A stretch of DNA of 63,918 bases, the filler included, from Trichomonas gallinae (taxonomy: Eukaryota): assembly GCA_008369845.1 (NCBI GenBank). It is 6 parts of 6 records of this genome, joined end to end, with 100 filler letters (N's around TTAATTAATTAA, not from the genome) between each part and the next. Parts side by side here need not be neighbours in the genome. Positions count along the whole stretch, not along the records: positions 1 to 23,768 come from MRSU01001389.1; positions 23,869 to 50,708 come from MRSU01001391.1; 4 more parts are not named here. The stretch is one strand, 5' to 3'. The notes beneath the pieces were generated by a model. That model worked only from the letters and a program-made list of their open reading frames with translations, made no database searches and was not told where the DNA came from. Below, piece after piece: positions 12,766 to 23,981 of this stretch; positions within the stretch are counted from its first letter, which is position 1; each line of letters begins with the position of its first letter. The position numbers and the translations under genes were made by a program.

Positions 12766-12780
12766 CAGTGAATGAAGTGA
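12766..12780 (-). promoter_or_regulatory. Tandem Inr elements of the cathepsin L gene
   Basis: The minus strand reads TCACTTCATTCACT just upstream of the ATG. Confidence 0.65.
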
Positions 12781-13796
12781 GTTTCAAAACTTTCAATACT
12801 TTGAGAGTAGCAGGTAAACTTTGAATACTTGATATCACTTTCATTTCAACATCAGCTGACATATTTTACAGTATTTAACAATATGCGCATTTTTAATTGC
12901 GTAATAATGATCAACAACGTTTGAATTTTTTACGTTTTTTTGATTGATTGTCAAATTTGTTATAGTTTGGCCAGGCGATTTTTCTTTAAAATATTAATAC
13001 CCTATATGTGTATATCAATTTGGACCGATTTCAGATCTTTTCAAAAATTTACGAAATTATATCGTTTGAGCTATCATTTAAATTTCATATTTATCACACC
13101 TTTAATTAATATAATTGATCATTGGAATCTTAAAATATTTTTGCGAAATGTGGGAAAATGATCTTGGCAGGTGACTCTTGTTGAGTTTGATACGCCATAA
13201 GCCCATGATGAGGACCATACATTCTAAGGTCACAGACTGAACACTTCACTTAACTTGAGATAATTTCATTTTTGTGACTAAGAAAAATCAAAAGCGAAGA
13301 TCGGATATGTCATAGCTTGTCAGAACGGGCTCCAATCACAATAATTTGTTTTGTTTTCGTTTTTTTTTTATTTTTTATTTTTTTCCGTTCTTTATATGGA
13401 AACATGCCAAACATATCTGTGAATCATGGGCATTACATATCAATATTCCGTAAAATTGAACTCCCGGATTCATATCCGAAAAACAATAATATCAATTTTC
13501 GTCAAGAATACGTTTAACCTCATAACTACTGGAATGTTTATGTTCAAAATTTGAATTTAGTTTGTGTTTTTTTGAACCGATAAAATTTCATACGCCAAAA
13601 GGCAACAATTAACTTAAATAGCATGTCTTGATAAAGTCCTTAGTAACATATTCAAAACTCTAGCTTTACCTTTGTTTAAACTAATATATTTTATCATTGA
13701 TAAATAATATTTGCGTTTCAGGAACTGCAAACTAAAGCTTTAAGGATTTATATTAAAGACAAAACATTTTATAAAACAGATATTATAAAAAAAGAA

Positions 13797-15458
13797 TTAT
13801 ACAAAATTCGATGAGGATCTAGCGTTATAAGCATGCTGAGCCATCTTCTGGAGAATATTATTTGTATCAAGACCATATTCCTCGTATTTCTGCAATGCAA
13901 TGCCATACCACATCATAGCAACTTTGTCATCTCTTGGGAATTTCGTTCCATTTGCGAATAAATCGCCAACGTATTCATGCATCATTCCGCCTTCTTCGCT
14001 CATGTTCATCGCCTGTGCTGCTCTTCTCGCCCATGTTTTGTCGTTGTAAATAACAGCGAGATGCAACAAAGCTATAGGATCAAGCGGGCACCTGGATAAG
14101 TAAACAACGCCAGATTCAGCGCGTTCTGTATTAACTAAACCATGGAACAAAATCAAGCCGATCATGAGATTCGCTGTCTCGCTGCCTAATATTGCTGCTT
14201 TCCCAAATAGTTCCAAAGCGTAAACTGAGTCTTCGAGTGTTAAGCATACGAAAGCTGCCGTGCAGAGATCTACAGCATTCTGAGACTTGCACTTTGCTCT
14301 GAATAAATGGCTTTCGCATAATCCGCGTGGCTTGAGGCCCTGAAGATGCTGAAGAACTGATTTGCACATTGCTAAGTTGCGGCGCTCAAAATTGGGACTG
14401 GCAAGTTCGAATGCTTTAAGGAGCAGCTGTGTTGGCGTGTTTCCTGCGATAGGAGAAGGAGAGCTGAGAAGTCTTGCCGCAGGACTGAGCCCCGGATTCT
14501 CACTTTTCGAGACAGAAACAATCTCGTACTCATTCAAAATCGGTCTGTATTCTACTGATGGCTGTGCAGGGAGAAACTGCGACGCCATCTTGTAAGGCTC
14601 CGAGAAAGAAAGTAAAGAAATAGCATCAGCGAGCTGTGGGAATTCAAGGTGATCAGTGAGATTGGCTTTAAGTAATGGCGAGAAAAAGTATTTCTTCTCT
14701 TTGAGGAAACTATATCTTGTTGCAACTGAAAGCCATTGTATAAATGAAACAACCATGTTGCTGCTGCGATAGATAACTAGCAAAGAGTTCGCTGATGCTT
14801 GTAGACCCTGTGAAGCGCACCATCTGTGCCATTTTATTGATAATTGTGTTTGGCCGAGATTTTGTAGCGAGCTTGCAATGAAACCTGCGGCAAGAACTGA
14901 CTTTGTTTTTGCGAAATATGCGTTGAAATAAACGAGAGCTCGTCTGTAATCATTATGTTGATAATATAATTCACCTAAATAGTAATTTGCTTCAAGAGAG
15001 CCGCTCCTTATAGCACGTGTAAACCATCTGATTGCTGTTAAAATCGTACGATCGTCTGTATCAGGAAGTGGCGCTGTGTTAAAGGCGCCCATTGTCAATC
15101 TTCCAAGTAAAACCATTGCATTTTTATTGCCTTGGCTTGCTGACTTCTGGAGCCAATGTCTCGCAGTATAAGAATCGTTTGTTGATAAAGCTAATATTCC
15201 TAAAAATAGAGGAATGTCTGGACTTTCGAGGTCTGTTAATAGAGAAAGGAATACTGATGCGCGTAGTGATGATTTCTTTGCATTTTGATTATCTTCATTT
15301 AAACATAAAAAAGCCAAATCGGTAAAAAGCTGAGATTTTTTCGCCATATTAAGCTCGGATGCATTGTTTGTTAAAGCGTACTCTAAATGATACAGTTGGT
15401 CATCGAAATTTTGATGTTTATGATGAACAACTAATAAAGGCGATGGTGTAACAAGCAT
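13797..15458 (-). CDS. Sel1-like/TPR repeat protein (553 aa)
   Basis: SLR motifs: ARHWLQKSASQGNKNAMVLLG, AIRWFTRAIRSGSLEANYYLG and GDLFANGTKFPRDDKVAMMWY. Confidence 0.85.
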   Translation of the reverse strand: MLVTPSPLLVVHHKHQNFDDQLYHLEYALTNNASELNMAKKSQLFTDLAFLCLNEDNQNAKKSSLRASVFLSLLTDLESPDIPLFLGILALSTNDSYTARHWLQKSASQGNKNAMVLLGRLTMGAFNTAPLPDTDDRTILTAIRWFTRAIRSGSLEANYYLGELYYQHNDYRRALVYFNAYFAKTKSVLAAGFIASSLQNLGQTQLSIKWHRWCASQGLQASANSLLVIYRSSNMVVSFIQWLSVATRYSFLKEKKYFFSPLLKANLTDHLEFPQLADAISLLSFSEPYKMASQFLPAQPSVEYRPILNEYEIVSVSKSENPGLSPAARLLSSPSPIAGNTPTQLLLKAFELASPNFERRNLAMCKSVLQHLQGLKPRGLCESHLFRAKCKSQNAVDLCTAAFVCLTLEDSVYALELFGKAAILGSETANLMIGLILFHGLVNTERAESGVVYLSRCPLDPIALLHLAVIYNDKTWARRAAQAMNMSEEGGMMHEYVGDLFANGTKFPRDDKVAMMWYGIALQKYEEYGLDTNNILQKMAQHAYNARSSSNFV

Positions 15459-15578
15459 ATTTATGATGTTATTATTATAAAACAGTTAAGTTAAAACATA
15501 AAATGATATAAAATTTTGTTTTTTAATATAATTTAGTAAAAAAATAAAAAACATTAAAATAAAATACAGAAATTGAGA

Positions 15579-16745
15579 TTACTGTTGTACTGGCCATTCT
15601 CCTGGGACGAAGTTGTAAGGTGTTGGACCAACAGCAAAGCTCTCAATAAGAGAATCGTCGAAACGACGATTGAATTTCATGAAACCGGCTGGGCACTTAG
15701 ATTGATCATTGATATGTCTAACTGGCATATTTTCTGTGCTATATGCAGCATCATTTGCTTCGATGTCCTGGTATGGGATGCCGAAATTGCAGCCAAGGTG
15801 TGGAGAAACCCACCACCAGCGGAGCTTTGTCTCTGATGGGTTAATTGAAGTATCTACTTCGCCCCAGCCATAAATTGTGACATCAAGCATACCAAGATAA
15901 TCACCCTGATCATCTGCTGAAGAATAGACACCATTGTCGTATGTAAACAAGTTAGCACGAACAAGGATTGAAGATGTAACAGGGCCAACCTCAAATAAGT
16001 GAGATTTGATCCATCTCCAATTATAAAGGAAGTAGATTGGGCATTGATCCTCACTTGCATCAGGATCGCAACTACCTGTTAGAGCATATGAACGAGAGCA
16101 GCCTGTAGTTCCTGGATAACAACCAGTTGGTGAAAGGCAAATATCTTGTGTTAATTCTGCAACTGGTGCCTGAAGGTTTGATGTTCTTGGGCTTGTTGCT
16201 GATCCTGGGTCATCCCAGCGAACGTTTTCTGGGATCTTTGCTTTCCAGAATAATGAATAAGCCTGAACAGAAGACCTTTCGATGCAAGCGTCACCGAGAA
16301 TATCGCAGTCCAACATGAACTGAAGAGAGAAGTTCATGAATCTGTTGGCCCATCTACCGACGGAGACTGACATCGCGGATGTAACAGAAGGGGCCCATGA
16401 AGAACAAAGCTGTGTGACATCAAATACTGGAACACTGTATGTTCTTTCATTTAAATCTTTAAGATCGTTTTGCCAAATTCCTGCGAAAGTGAAATTTTTC
16501 CATCCAGCATATCTTGATTCATCGGCTCCGACAGGAATTGCCGAGCCCTGCTTCTTTGGTGCAGCACGTACTGGAGAAAGGAACCTTTTAGCATCTGCAA
16601 TAGTTAACTTAGCAAACTGTGGATTAAGTTTAGCCTTGTAAGTAGACTTTGGGTCATTGTTTATGGCGTCAACGAGTTCTTGTGTAATCAATGGATCACT
16701 GTCACTCAGCTTTGATGCAGCAATAGCTGAAAAAACGAAAAACAT
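15579..16745 (-). CDS. Cathepsin B-like (C1A) protein, predicted non-catalytic
   Basis: Signal-like N-terminus and a cathepsin B-type propeptide (ELVDAINNDPKSTYKA). C1A fold motifs include FSLQFMLDCD, GPVTS, YDNGVY and IYGWG. The catalytic positions are substituted. Confidence 0.8.
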   Translation of the reverse strand: MFFVFSAIAASKLSDSDPLITQELVDAINNDPKSTYKAKLNPQFAKLTIADAKRFLSPVRAAPKKQGSAIPVGADESRYAGWKNFTFAGIWQNDLKDLNERTYSVPVFDVTQLCSSWAPSVTSAMSVSVGRWANRFMNFSLQFMLDCDILGDACIERSSVQAYSLFWKAKIPENVRWDDPGSATSPRTSNLQAPVAELTQDICLSPTGCYPGTTGCSRSYALTGSCDPDASEDQCPIYFLYNWRWIKSHLFEVGPVTSSILVRANLFTYDNGVYSSADDQGDYLGMLDVTIYGWGEVDTSINPSETKLRWWWVSPHLGCNFGIPYQDIEANDAAYSTENMPVRHINDQSKCPAGFMKFNRRFDDSLIESFAVGPTPYNFVPGEWPVQQ

Positions 16746-16959
16746 TTAATGATTTTTTTTTAAATACTCTACCGGGCAAAAAAAACTGACATTGAATTTT
16801 CCGGTACAAAGGATCGTTCTTTTCAAGTTTTGGCCGAAACATTTACATTTTTCGGTGTGTTTCAGTTTGCATTATAGAAATATGGATTAATTCCCAATAT
16901 CTGAAATTTCAAAAAAAATCCTTTACGCATGTGGTAATTTTGTTTGCATTCAATACTTT

Positions 16960-17235
16960 ACATGCTGATACAATAGCCAAATTTCGGATCATTTGTTTCA
17001 ATATTGAAATATATTTCCAAAAAATAATATCTTCATGAATAGGATAGTTTTGTTTCGTCATGTACTTTAAATGTTGGTGTATTAATCATATGTCAAATGA
17101 TTTGTTTCAATATTGAGTAATATTTGCAAAAAATAATTCAATTATGATTATGGTTGTTTTGTATATGTGAAATGTTTTGCATGTAGATGCATCAATCATA
17201 TATCATATGATTTGATTCAATACTGAAATAAATGA
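16960..17235. repeat. Degenerate tandem repeat, ~110-bp unit, ~3 copies
   Basis: The core ATTTG(T/A)TTCAATA(T/C)TGA recurs at 16991, 17100 and 17210 with similar flanks. Confidence 0.65.
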
Positions 17236-18616
17236 AAATTATGAATAGGTAAAGCTCATTATATGTGTGTGAAATATCTTAGGTTCCATTTTAAATGAAG
17301 TATTATGTTTAAATTACAATAATATTGTTTTGCTTGACTATAAAGTCATCATTGCAATGCAGGGAAATGATATCTGAACTATTGAAATGAATAATTGGGA
17401 CTAAGTCCAGAATTTGATGAACATTTTAATGTAAAACTCAAGAAAATGTTGACTGACACCAAATTTTTTCCGAGATTATCACAAATTTCCTCAATTTCAT
17501 TAGCAAATACGTTTCTTTACATTTTAACAAATAATTGGCATCAAACGACTGAATTATAACGCCTATGAGCGAATTTAAATAAATTTGCAAAATATCATTC
17601 CTTTGATATCACACATATGGGAAAAGTGAAACCTCTGGCCTGGAAAATCTATTGGATAAAGTTAGAGTTAAGGAAATTATTAAATGTTAAATTTCGATTT
17701 CATTCATTTGATAGCTCGCATTATTCAATTTTTCATTGTTAGCAATGGAAAACAATGGACGAAAGTAAAATATAAAATTGCGAAATAAAAAATTCTCTAT
17801 TTATTTAATGCCACCTCATGAAATAGTCTTCACATCATGTAAAGATTCGACATCTTTATTGCAAATTTTGAAATTCCTTAGTGGGTTGTTATCCGAATGA
17901 GATCGTTAAGTCAAGATAATATATCAAGAATATAATAGATATACTATCATTTCCGCATGTAATGACGCACAGATATTAGGAAATCAAAATCGGAAGTATC
18001 GTCTTCTCATTATTACCAAGAAAACGAATAATAAGCTTATTGTACTCGAAGAGTAGGATGCGTTTATCTTAATTATACATCTTTTGTACAACCAAAGCGA
18101 TTGTCAAAGATATTCATAAGCACTTTCTTCTAATTTCTGGCATAGATTTGCATGTATATCATCGAAATAACGCTAATAATAAAGCCTCAGCGTTTTAAAT
18201 GCAGAAAAGATTCGTTCGATTCAAAATATCTTGAATCTTGCCAAACACAGTGCGACAACATAATAGATCCCACATCCATCTCATGATAACCAGCGGAGAA
18301 CATGCCAGTTACTGATCCAAAATTCCTGAATTTTAATTGATTTCAAAACGACGTTGGTTGTGTCACTTTTAATCTAATTTTGGATCAATCAAAACCTAAT
18401 CATTACAATGTAATCAACCAAAAAATTAACACTTTACATGTCAAAATTTATGTCAATCAAATTCCGGTTGAAAAATTGAAATAAACGTCAATATATATAT
18501 AGATGATTTTTTCGACATTGAATGTCAGCCTCTCAAAAAGGAGAATAGATTGAATAGTTTACAAACCTAATTTTTTATTTTGTGAAGTTTACAAGATGAA
18601 ATCAATTTAGGTATAA

Positions 18617-19801
18617 ATGGCCTTAATCAACCGTGCCGAGGCTCCACTCAACGCTGAACTTAAGCCACTCGCTACAGTCGAGGACAAGAACATCTACACA
18701 ACATCCTACATCGGTGTTTCGAAGCATCTTATCAGTTACGACAATGATGATTACGCTTTCGAGAGAAATCTTGCCTTGAACAACTGGAGTGTCGATGGTG
18801 TTGTCCCACTCAGCAAAGAAGAAATCGAAGCTGAGAGAGTTGAGAACAAGAAATTGATGAAAGAATTCACCAAGAAAATCATGAAGATGGATTATTCTAA
18901 CATGAGTGTTCCATGCTCTTACTCCGAACCACGTTCATTCCTTGAGAGGATGGCTGATTTCTTCTCCTACCTCGCTGGTGAATATCTTGACAAGGCTGCT
19001 GCTACAAAGGATGTCGAAGAGCGCCTCAAGCTTTTGTCTATCGGCATCGTCGCATCCCTCCACCTCTATCACCAGACAAAGAAACCATGGAATCCAGTCT
19101 TAGGTGAAACATATTCATGCCACTTCCCATCTGGCGCCACATTCTATGCAGAGCAGACATCCCACCACCCACCGATCTCCATTTTCGAGATCTTTGGCAA
19201 GGAAAACGCTTGGAAAGTTTCTGGCCGTTGCGATTTCGAAGTTGACTCATCAATGAATCACTTTGAGCTCAAGCAGAAGGGTCTTTTCGTCTGCGAGTTT
19301 ACAGATGGTGATAAGTACGAGTGGGAATTCCCCAATACCTATGTAAATGGTCTTCAGCATGGCGACCGCTACATCCGCGTCGTTGGCAAGATCGTCATCA
19401 AGAACAATGAGAAGATGATGAAGGCTGTCATCAAGCTCGCACCAAAGAAGGATAAGAAGCTCGGAATTACAGATTTCGCTTATACATATATCTACGGCGG
19501 TATCAAGAAGATCCGCGGCAAGAAGGAAAAGAGAACCGATTTCATCAAGGTTTTCCGTGGAGATTATTGCAAGAATCTTATAATGGACGATCAGACAATT
19601 TGGGACATCAACAACGATAAGGCCAAGCGCCCACACCAGGATATCGAAGACCATAAGCTTCTTCTCTCCGACTCAAGATATAGATACGACCGCGCCTACT
19701 TAATCGACAAGAAGCCGATGGAACAGGCCGACTTAGTTAAGAAGACAGTCGAAGACGCTCAAAGACGTGAAGAAAAGCTTAGAATCTGCGTCAAGAAATA
19801 A
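18617..19801 (+). CDS. Oxysterol-binding protein (OSBP/ORP family)
   Basis: Signature motifs EPRSFLERM, KKPWNPVLGETY and AEQTSHHPPIS. Confidence 0.95.
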   Translation: MALINRAEAPLNAELKPLATVEDKNIYTTSYIGVSKHLISYDNDDYAFERNLALNNWSVDGVVPLSKEEIEAERVENKKLMKEFTKKIMKMDYSNMSVPCSYSEPRSFLERMADFFSYLAGEYLDKAAATKDVEERLKLLSIGIVASLHLYHQTKKPWNPVLGETYSCHFPSGATFYAEQTSHHPPISIFEIFGKENAWKVSGRCDFEVDSSMNHFELKQKGLFVCEFTDGDKYEWEFPNTYVNGLQHGDRYIRVVGKIVIKNNEKMMKAVIKLAPKKDKKLGITDFAYTYIYGGIKKIRGKKEKRTDFIKVFRGDYCKNLIMDDQTIWDINNDKAKRPHQDIEDHKLLLSDSRYRYDRAYLIDKKPMEQADLVKKTVEDAQRREEKLRICVKK

Positions 19802-20224
19802 GTCTTGTCTTCAAAATATACTATTTAAAGGTTTTACTCTCTAATACTCGATTTATTAGTTTAATTTACGCTGTTATTCAGCCTATTTCCCCATTTTCCA
19901 CCATAAAAATTTGAATAATATTGAATAGAAAACTAAGCATATTGAGCTCAAAGCCTACGAGAATGTTTTTTCATTAATATTATACTGTTTAAACTATGTT
20001 TTAATTTTTGCGTTTTTCAATTCTATTTCTAAATTTAGAGCAAATTCTAGAAATTTCATATGATTTTTTTGATTTTTGTAATTTTTTCATATTTAAATCT
20101 TATGATTTTGGACTTAATTTTCAAATTTTAGCGAGAAGATAAGGTAGTAGATTCTGGTTATCCATTTTTAAATATCGGGGCTTTACATGTCAAAAACGAG
20201 ACTTTACATTTGACAATCGAAATA

Positions 20225-23200
20225 ATGTCAAGTTCGATTCTTCACGAAAAGGAAGTCATTGGTGCCAATTATGAGGGAGAAATCAAACTAGGCGCCTACC
20301 ATGACGGACTTTACGTATACGTTAACAATGCTGATAAGATTTACGCTTTTAATACGATTAATTTATCCAAAATCACTTTCGATCCACCAGACAGATCAAT
20401 AAATTCATCGATTACAGCTGTAGCTTTGTCGCCATCGCATGAATACATCGTCGTTGGCTTCATCGATGGATCAATTCAAAGTTATGAATATCCGAATCCG
20501 AAACCACAGAAAGTAATATCAAAAGCACGCAACACGGCAATCCTAGGTCTCACTTTTGTGCGTGAAAATACATTATTATTCATGGAAGCATCAAATTACG
20601 TTTATACATACGAATTCTCTAAGTCACTTACTGCATTGTTCAACAAAGAGAAGGTCGTCTGCAAGCTGGTAACACAAGGATTGTCAATGATTACGCCTCC
20701 TATTTACAGATATTCACCGCCGACACAAAACCAGAAACAGTCTTCGTATTCGATATGTTCAGTATGGGACAATGTATTCATTCTTGCCATGCAAGAGAAT
20801 TTGAAGCTTCTTCAGTACGTGGAAGAGATTTCTGTCGTTCATTCTTTTCCGGAATTTCCTTCTGCTTACGTAGACATCTTAGTTGAAGACGAATCAACTC
20901 TCAAGCTCGCAATATTCTCGAACTCCAAAGCTACACTCATAAAATTCACAAGAGGAAAAGATCCAGAAATTTCGAAGTCAGTTGATATAGAAATCTCCCC
21001 ATTACAAGTCTCATTCCTTACAGAATCAGTCCTGTCAGTCATAGACGCTGACCACAAATGCAAATTCGTTAATTTTCAGGACGGATCAATTCAAGAAGCC
21101 GAAATTCCTCATGGAGGCTTCACAATCTCTCTGGAAGGAACAGGCGGCTTCGTATCATTCAATGGAGGAAAAATGTATAGATATACTTTGCCTTCTTTCG
21201 TTGATAAATTCGATGATATTCGTAATAATGACAGATTTGATGAAGCAACAGTTTTATGTGCTGCTGCGATTCGTGGTGATAGCTACGCATGTATAGGATT
21301 GCCTGCTAACGCTTATCAGCGCGAATTGTTCGTACAGACGAAGTTTATGGAATTTTTCACAAATTACATGTCAATCGAGCTATTTAAGTCACAAAACTTC
21401 GACGAAATATTCGACCAATGCATAAAAACAGCTACAGATATGAAATCTACAGAATGGATCACCACAAAATTATTAAATATATTTAAAGACGAAGGAAAGC
21501 TTCCAATCTACTTCAAAAAGATAATATCACTCGATCCAATGGCCAGCAAGTTCCTTTACACACGAGAATTCTTCGAAAGTCTTCTTGAAAATTACGATGA
21601 GCCAGATATATATGATTTCATCTCAAAACTCGATATTTCAGTTTCGTATTCAGGATTATTGATAAAATATGCTGTAAAACACAATAATATCGACTTTGCA
21701 TTCTATATTTACGTTAATTATCTGAAAGATATAATTTCAGGAATTCAATTATACTACAATTTCGAGAAATACGAAGAAATTGTCAACAAACTCAAAGACA
21801 TTATATCAGAAGACAAAGGAAACTTCGCAAATAGCTTAATTTCTTGGCTATTTTCATTTGATAAGTCAACAAATACATTTCCAAGGCTTTCGTGCTTAAT
21901 TAAGAATCTTCCTAAGGATATATCATACATCAAAATCATCCACAAATACATTTCAGAGAAAGAAAAACCATTTTCGATTGATACATTTTTCAATTCTTTA
22001 GTTGCAATTGTTTCTACGGAAAAACTCGGCTACAAACATGATTTATACAAATATTTGGCAGACTTACTCATTCATAATGAAATCCGTCTTTCACATTTAA
22101 CAATCACATTTTTCCTCGGCGGAATTTTCACGAAAGACTTCGCAAAACCTGATATACGTGAGACATTACTCCTTAAATTGATAGAAAGAAATCTTATTGA
22201 CAATATTGCATCTCCGCTCATGGATCTTTGCGATACTTTTGATTTTAAGCAGGCAAAGGGCCTTTTAATGATCAAAGGCAAACGTTATGATACAGTTATT
22301 GCTGAAATGTTGAAAGATCCGAAAACTGATGTTTATGAATTCATGAATAAGATGATTAAAGAAGATTCAAGTGCTATAAATAGCATAAGAAATGCTATCG
22401 AATCATTTACAGATCATTTTCTCGCAATTAGCTACGAAAAATTATTTAATCTTGTTTCTACCAATTTTACAGACTTGATACCAAGAATTCCTACTCTTGC
22501 ACATGATAAGATGCTGATTAATTCATATTTAAGGCTTGTTATGAATGATCCGAAAACAGAAAAATTGGAAATCGGCGAAAAATATCTTAAATCTTATGCT
22601 GAGTACTTATGTGACTACTACCCTGACGATGTTCTTCATTTCGTACGCAATCAAAAAGATTCCGCTTATATTGAAATATTACCTCCAATTAAAGCAAATA
22701 ATATTAACGATGCATCAGCATTTATACAATTTAACATCGGAGAACTCGAAGGTTTCGCAAAAGCTATAACAGATTTCCTAGGAGAAACAGCAATTTTGTC
22801 AATTAAAAATGTAATTCCAACAGAAAGAGTCGTTTCATCCACAGAATTCATTTCAGAGATGTGCAAGAAGCTTGTTTCTAAGAATGCTTCATCAGAATTA
22901 ACAAAGAATTTGTTATTGAATTTAATTAAAACAACAGTTTTAGCAATATTCGGTACATCAAAGCTTCCAGATGAAGATCGCCGCGAAAAAGCTCCACCTT
23001 TCAGAGCCCTTCTGTTGTCTTTGTCAACTTTGGCTCCGAATTCGTTTTCATTCGAAGAATTAATCAAATTCTTGATGTCCGAGCTATGCGAACTAGAACT
23101 GAGCGATGCCAGGACAACAATTATATCCGTTTTCAATGACTACCAATATGATGTCGATAGCAACAAGAATCTCGGCGAACTCTTCAGCAACGACTCAAGG

Positions 23201-23581
23201 AAGGCTTATGAGGACTATATAACACTGAATGTTAAAGGAAACATTTACAGATCAGTCACATGCTGCACTTGCAAGAAGAGATTAACCAGCGGAGGCTCGT
23301 CAATAAGAGTCTTCCCGTGCGGACACGTTTTCCACGGAGCCCCACCATGCCTGATGAAGGAGCAGTGCCCAATCTGCACGCGTGATGATGTCTATGCACA
23401 GGTAGCAAAGACAGACAGCAACGACAACTCTCTCATGGAGAGAATTGTTAAGAGGAAAGTCATGAAGTTCGAAAACGACATCCATTCCCTTCCTAATATT
23501 GGCGAAGTCATCTGCGACGAAACATCACTCGCTGAAACGCCAGTATTATTCCCAACGGTACAGTTTGTGCCAACAATTTGA
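20225..23581 (+). CDS. Vps8-like CORVET subunit (WD40 + alpha-solenoid + C-terminal RING-H2)
   Basis: WD-like N-terminus (ITAVALSPSHEYIVVGFIDGSI), a long helical region, and CCTCKKRL...VFPCGHVFH...C...CPIC. The first ATG (20225) is taken as the start. Confidence 0.7.
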   Translation: MSSSILHEKEVIGANYEGEIKLGAYHDGLYVYVNNADKIYAFNTINLSKITFDPPDRSINSSITAVALSPSHEYIVVGFIDGSIQSYEYPNPKPQKVISKARNTAILGLTFVRENTLLFMEASNYVYTYEFSKSLTALFNKEKVVCKLVTQGLSMITPPIYRYSPPTQNQKQSSYSICSVWDNVFILAMQENLKLLQYVEEISVVHSFPEFPSAYVDILVEDESTLKLAIFSNSKATLIKFTRGKDPEISKSVDIEISPLQVSFLTESVLSVIDADHKCKFVNFQDGSIQEAEIPHGGFTISLEGTGGFVSFNGGKMYRYTLPSFVDKFDDIRNNDRFDEATVLCAAAIRGDSYACIGLPANAYQRELFVQTKFMEFFTNYMSIELFKSQNFDEIFDQCIKTATDMKSTEWITTKLLNIFKDEGKLPIYFKKIISLDPMASKFLYTREFFESLLENYDEPDIYDFISKLDISVSYSGLLIKYAVKHNNIDFAFYIYVNYLKDIISGIQLYYNFEKYEEIVNKLKDIISEDKGNFANSLISWLFSFDKSTNTFPRLSCLIKNLPKDISYIKIIHKYISEKEKPFSIDTFFNSLVAIVSTEKLGYKHDLYKYLADLLIHNEIRLSHLTITFFLGGIFTKDFAKPDIRETLLLKLIERNLIDNIASPLMDLCDTFDFKQAKGLLMIKGKRYDTVIAEMLKDPKTDVYEFMNKMIKEDSSAINSIRNAIESFTDHFLAISYEKLFNLVSTNFTDLIPRIPTLAHDKMLINSYLRLVMNDPKTEKLEIGEKYLKSYAEYLCDYYPDDVLHFVRNQKDSAYIEILPPIKANNINDASAFIQFNIGELEGFAKAITDFLGETAILSIKNVIPTERVVSSTEFISEMCKKLVSKNASSELTKNLLLNLIKTTVLAIFGTSKLPDEDRREKAPPFRALLLSLSTLAPNSFSFEELIKFLMSELCELELSDARTTIISVFNDYQYDVDSNKNLGELFSNDSRKAYEDYITLNVKGNIYRSVTCCTCKKRLTSGGSSIRVFPCGHVFHGAPPCLMKEQCPICTRDDVYAQVAKTDSNDNSLMERIVKRKVMKFENDIHSLPNIGEVICDETSLAETPVLFPTVQFVPTI

Positions 23582-23694
23582 TTTTTTTTAATAAACTTAT
23601 TGTCATTATATTTTTTAAATAAATAATTTTCGGAATCTTTGGATTTGCAAATTAAAATTTCGAAAATTTTTTTTTGTGTTATTGTAATATTTAA

Positions 23695-23768
23695 GGGATG
23701 GCTCAACCGTTTTTTTCTCGGACCTAAAAAACAGGGTCTATCAGCCCCCATGTTTGCTATAATACGTT
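23695..23768 (+). mobile_element. Probable terminus of a Kolobok-type DNA transposon, truncated by a gap
   Basis: An abrupt GC-richer segment begins GGGATGGCTCAACCG directly after TTAA (23691-23694) and runs to the contig end. TTAA target plus RR terminus is the Kolobok signature. Confidence 0.4.
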
Positions 23769-23868
23769 NNNNNNNNNNNNNNNNNNNNNNNNNNNNNNNN
23801 NNNNNNNNNNNNTTAATTAATTAANNNNNNNNNNNNNNNNNNNNNNNNNNNNNNNNNNNNNNNNNNNN
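23769..23868. other. Assembly spacer (N44-TTAATTAATTAA-N44)
   Basis: 100-bp N run containing a six-frame stop linker. Confidence 0.99.
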
Positions 23869-23981
23869 AATGGTGATGAATCTTTTAATGAAACAATTTT
23901 CAGCTTTGCGAGTACAAAACCTACACCAATAATGAGCAGCATAGCAACACCGACTTGTATAACGTCAACATAGTTAACCAT
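23869..23981 (-). CDS. 5' fragment of an auxin-efflux-carrier (AEC/Mem_trans) family membrane transporter, truncated by a gap
   Basis: Reads MVNYVDVIQVGVAMLLIIGVGFVLAKLKIVSLKDSSP..., the typical first TM helix of AEC proteins. A TCATT Inr lies ~10-15 nt upstream. Not in the ORF track. Confidence 0.65.
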
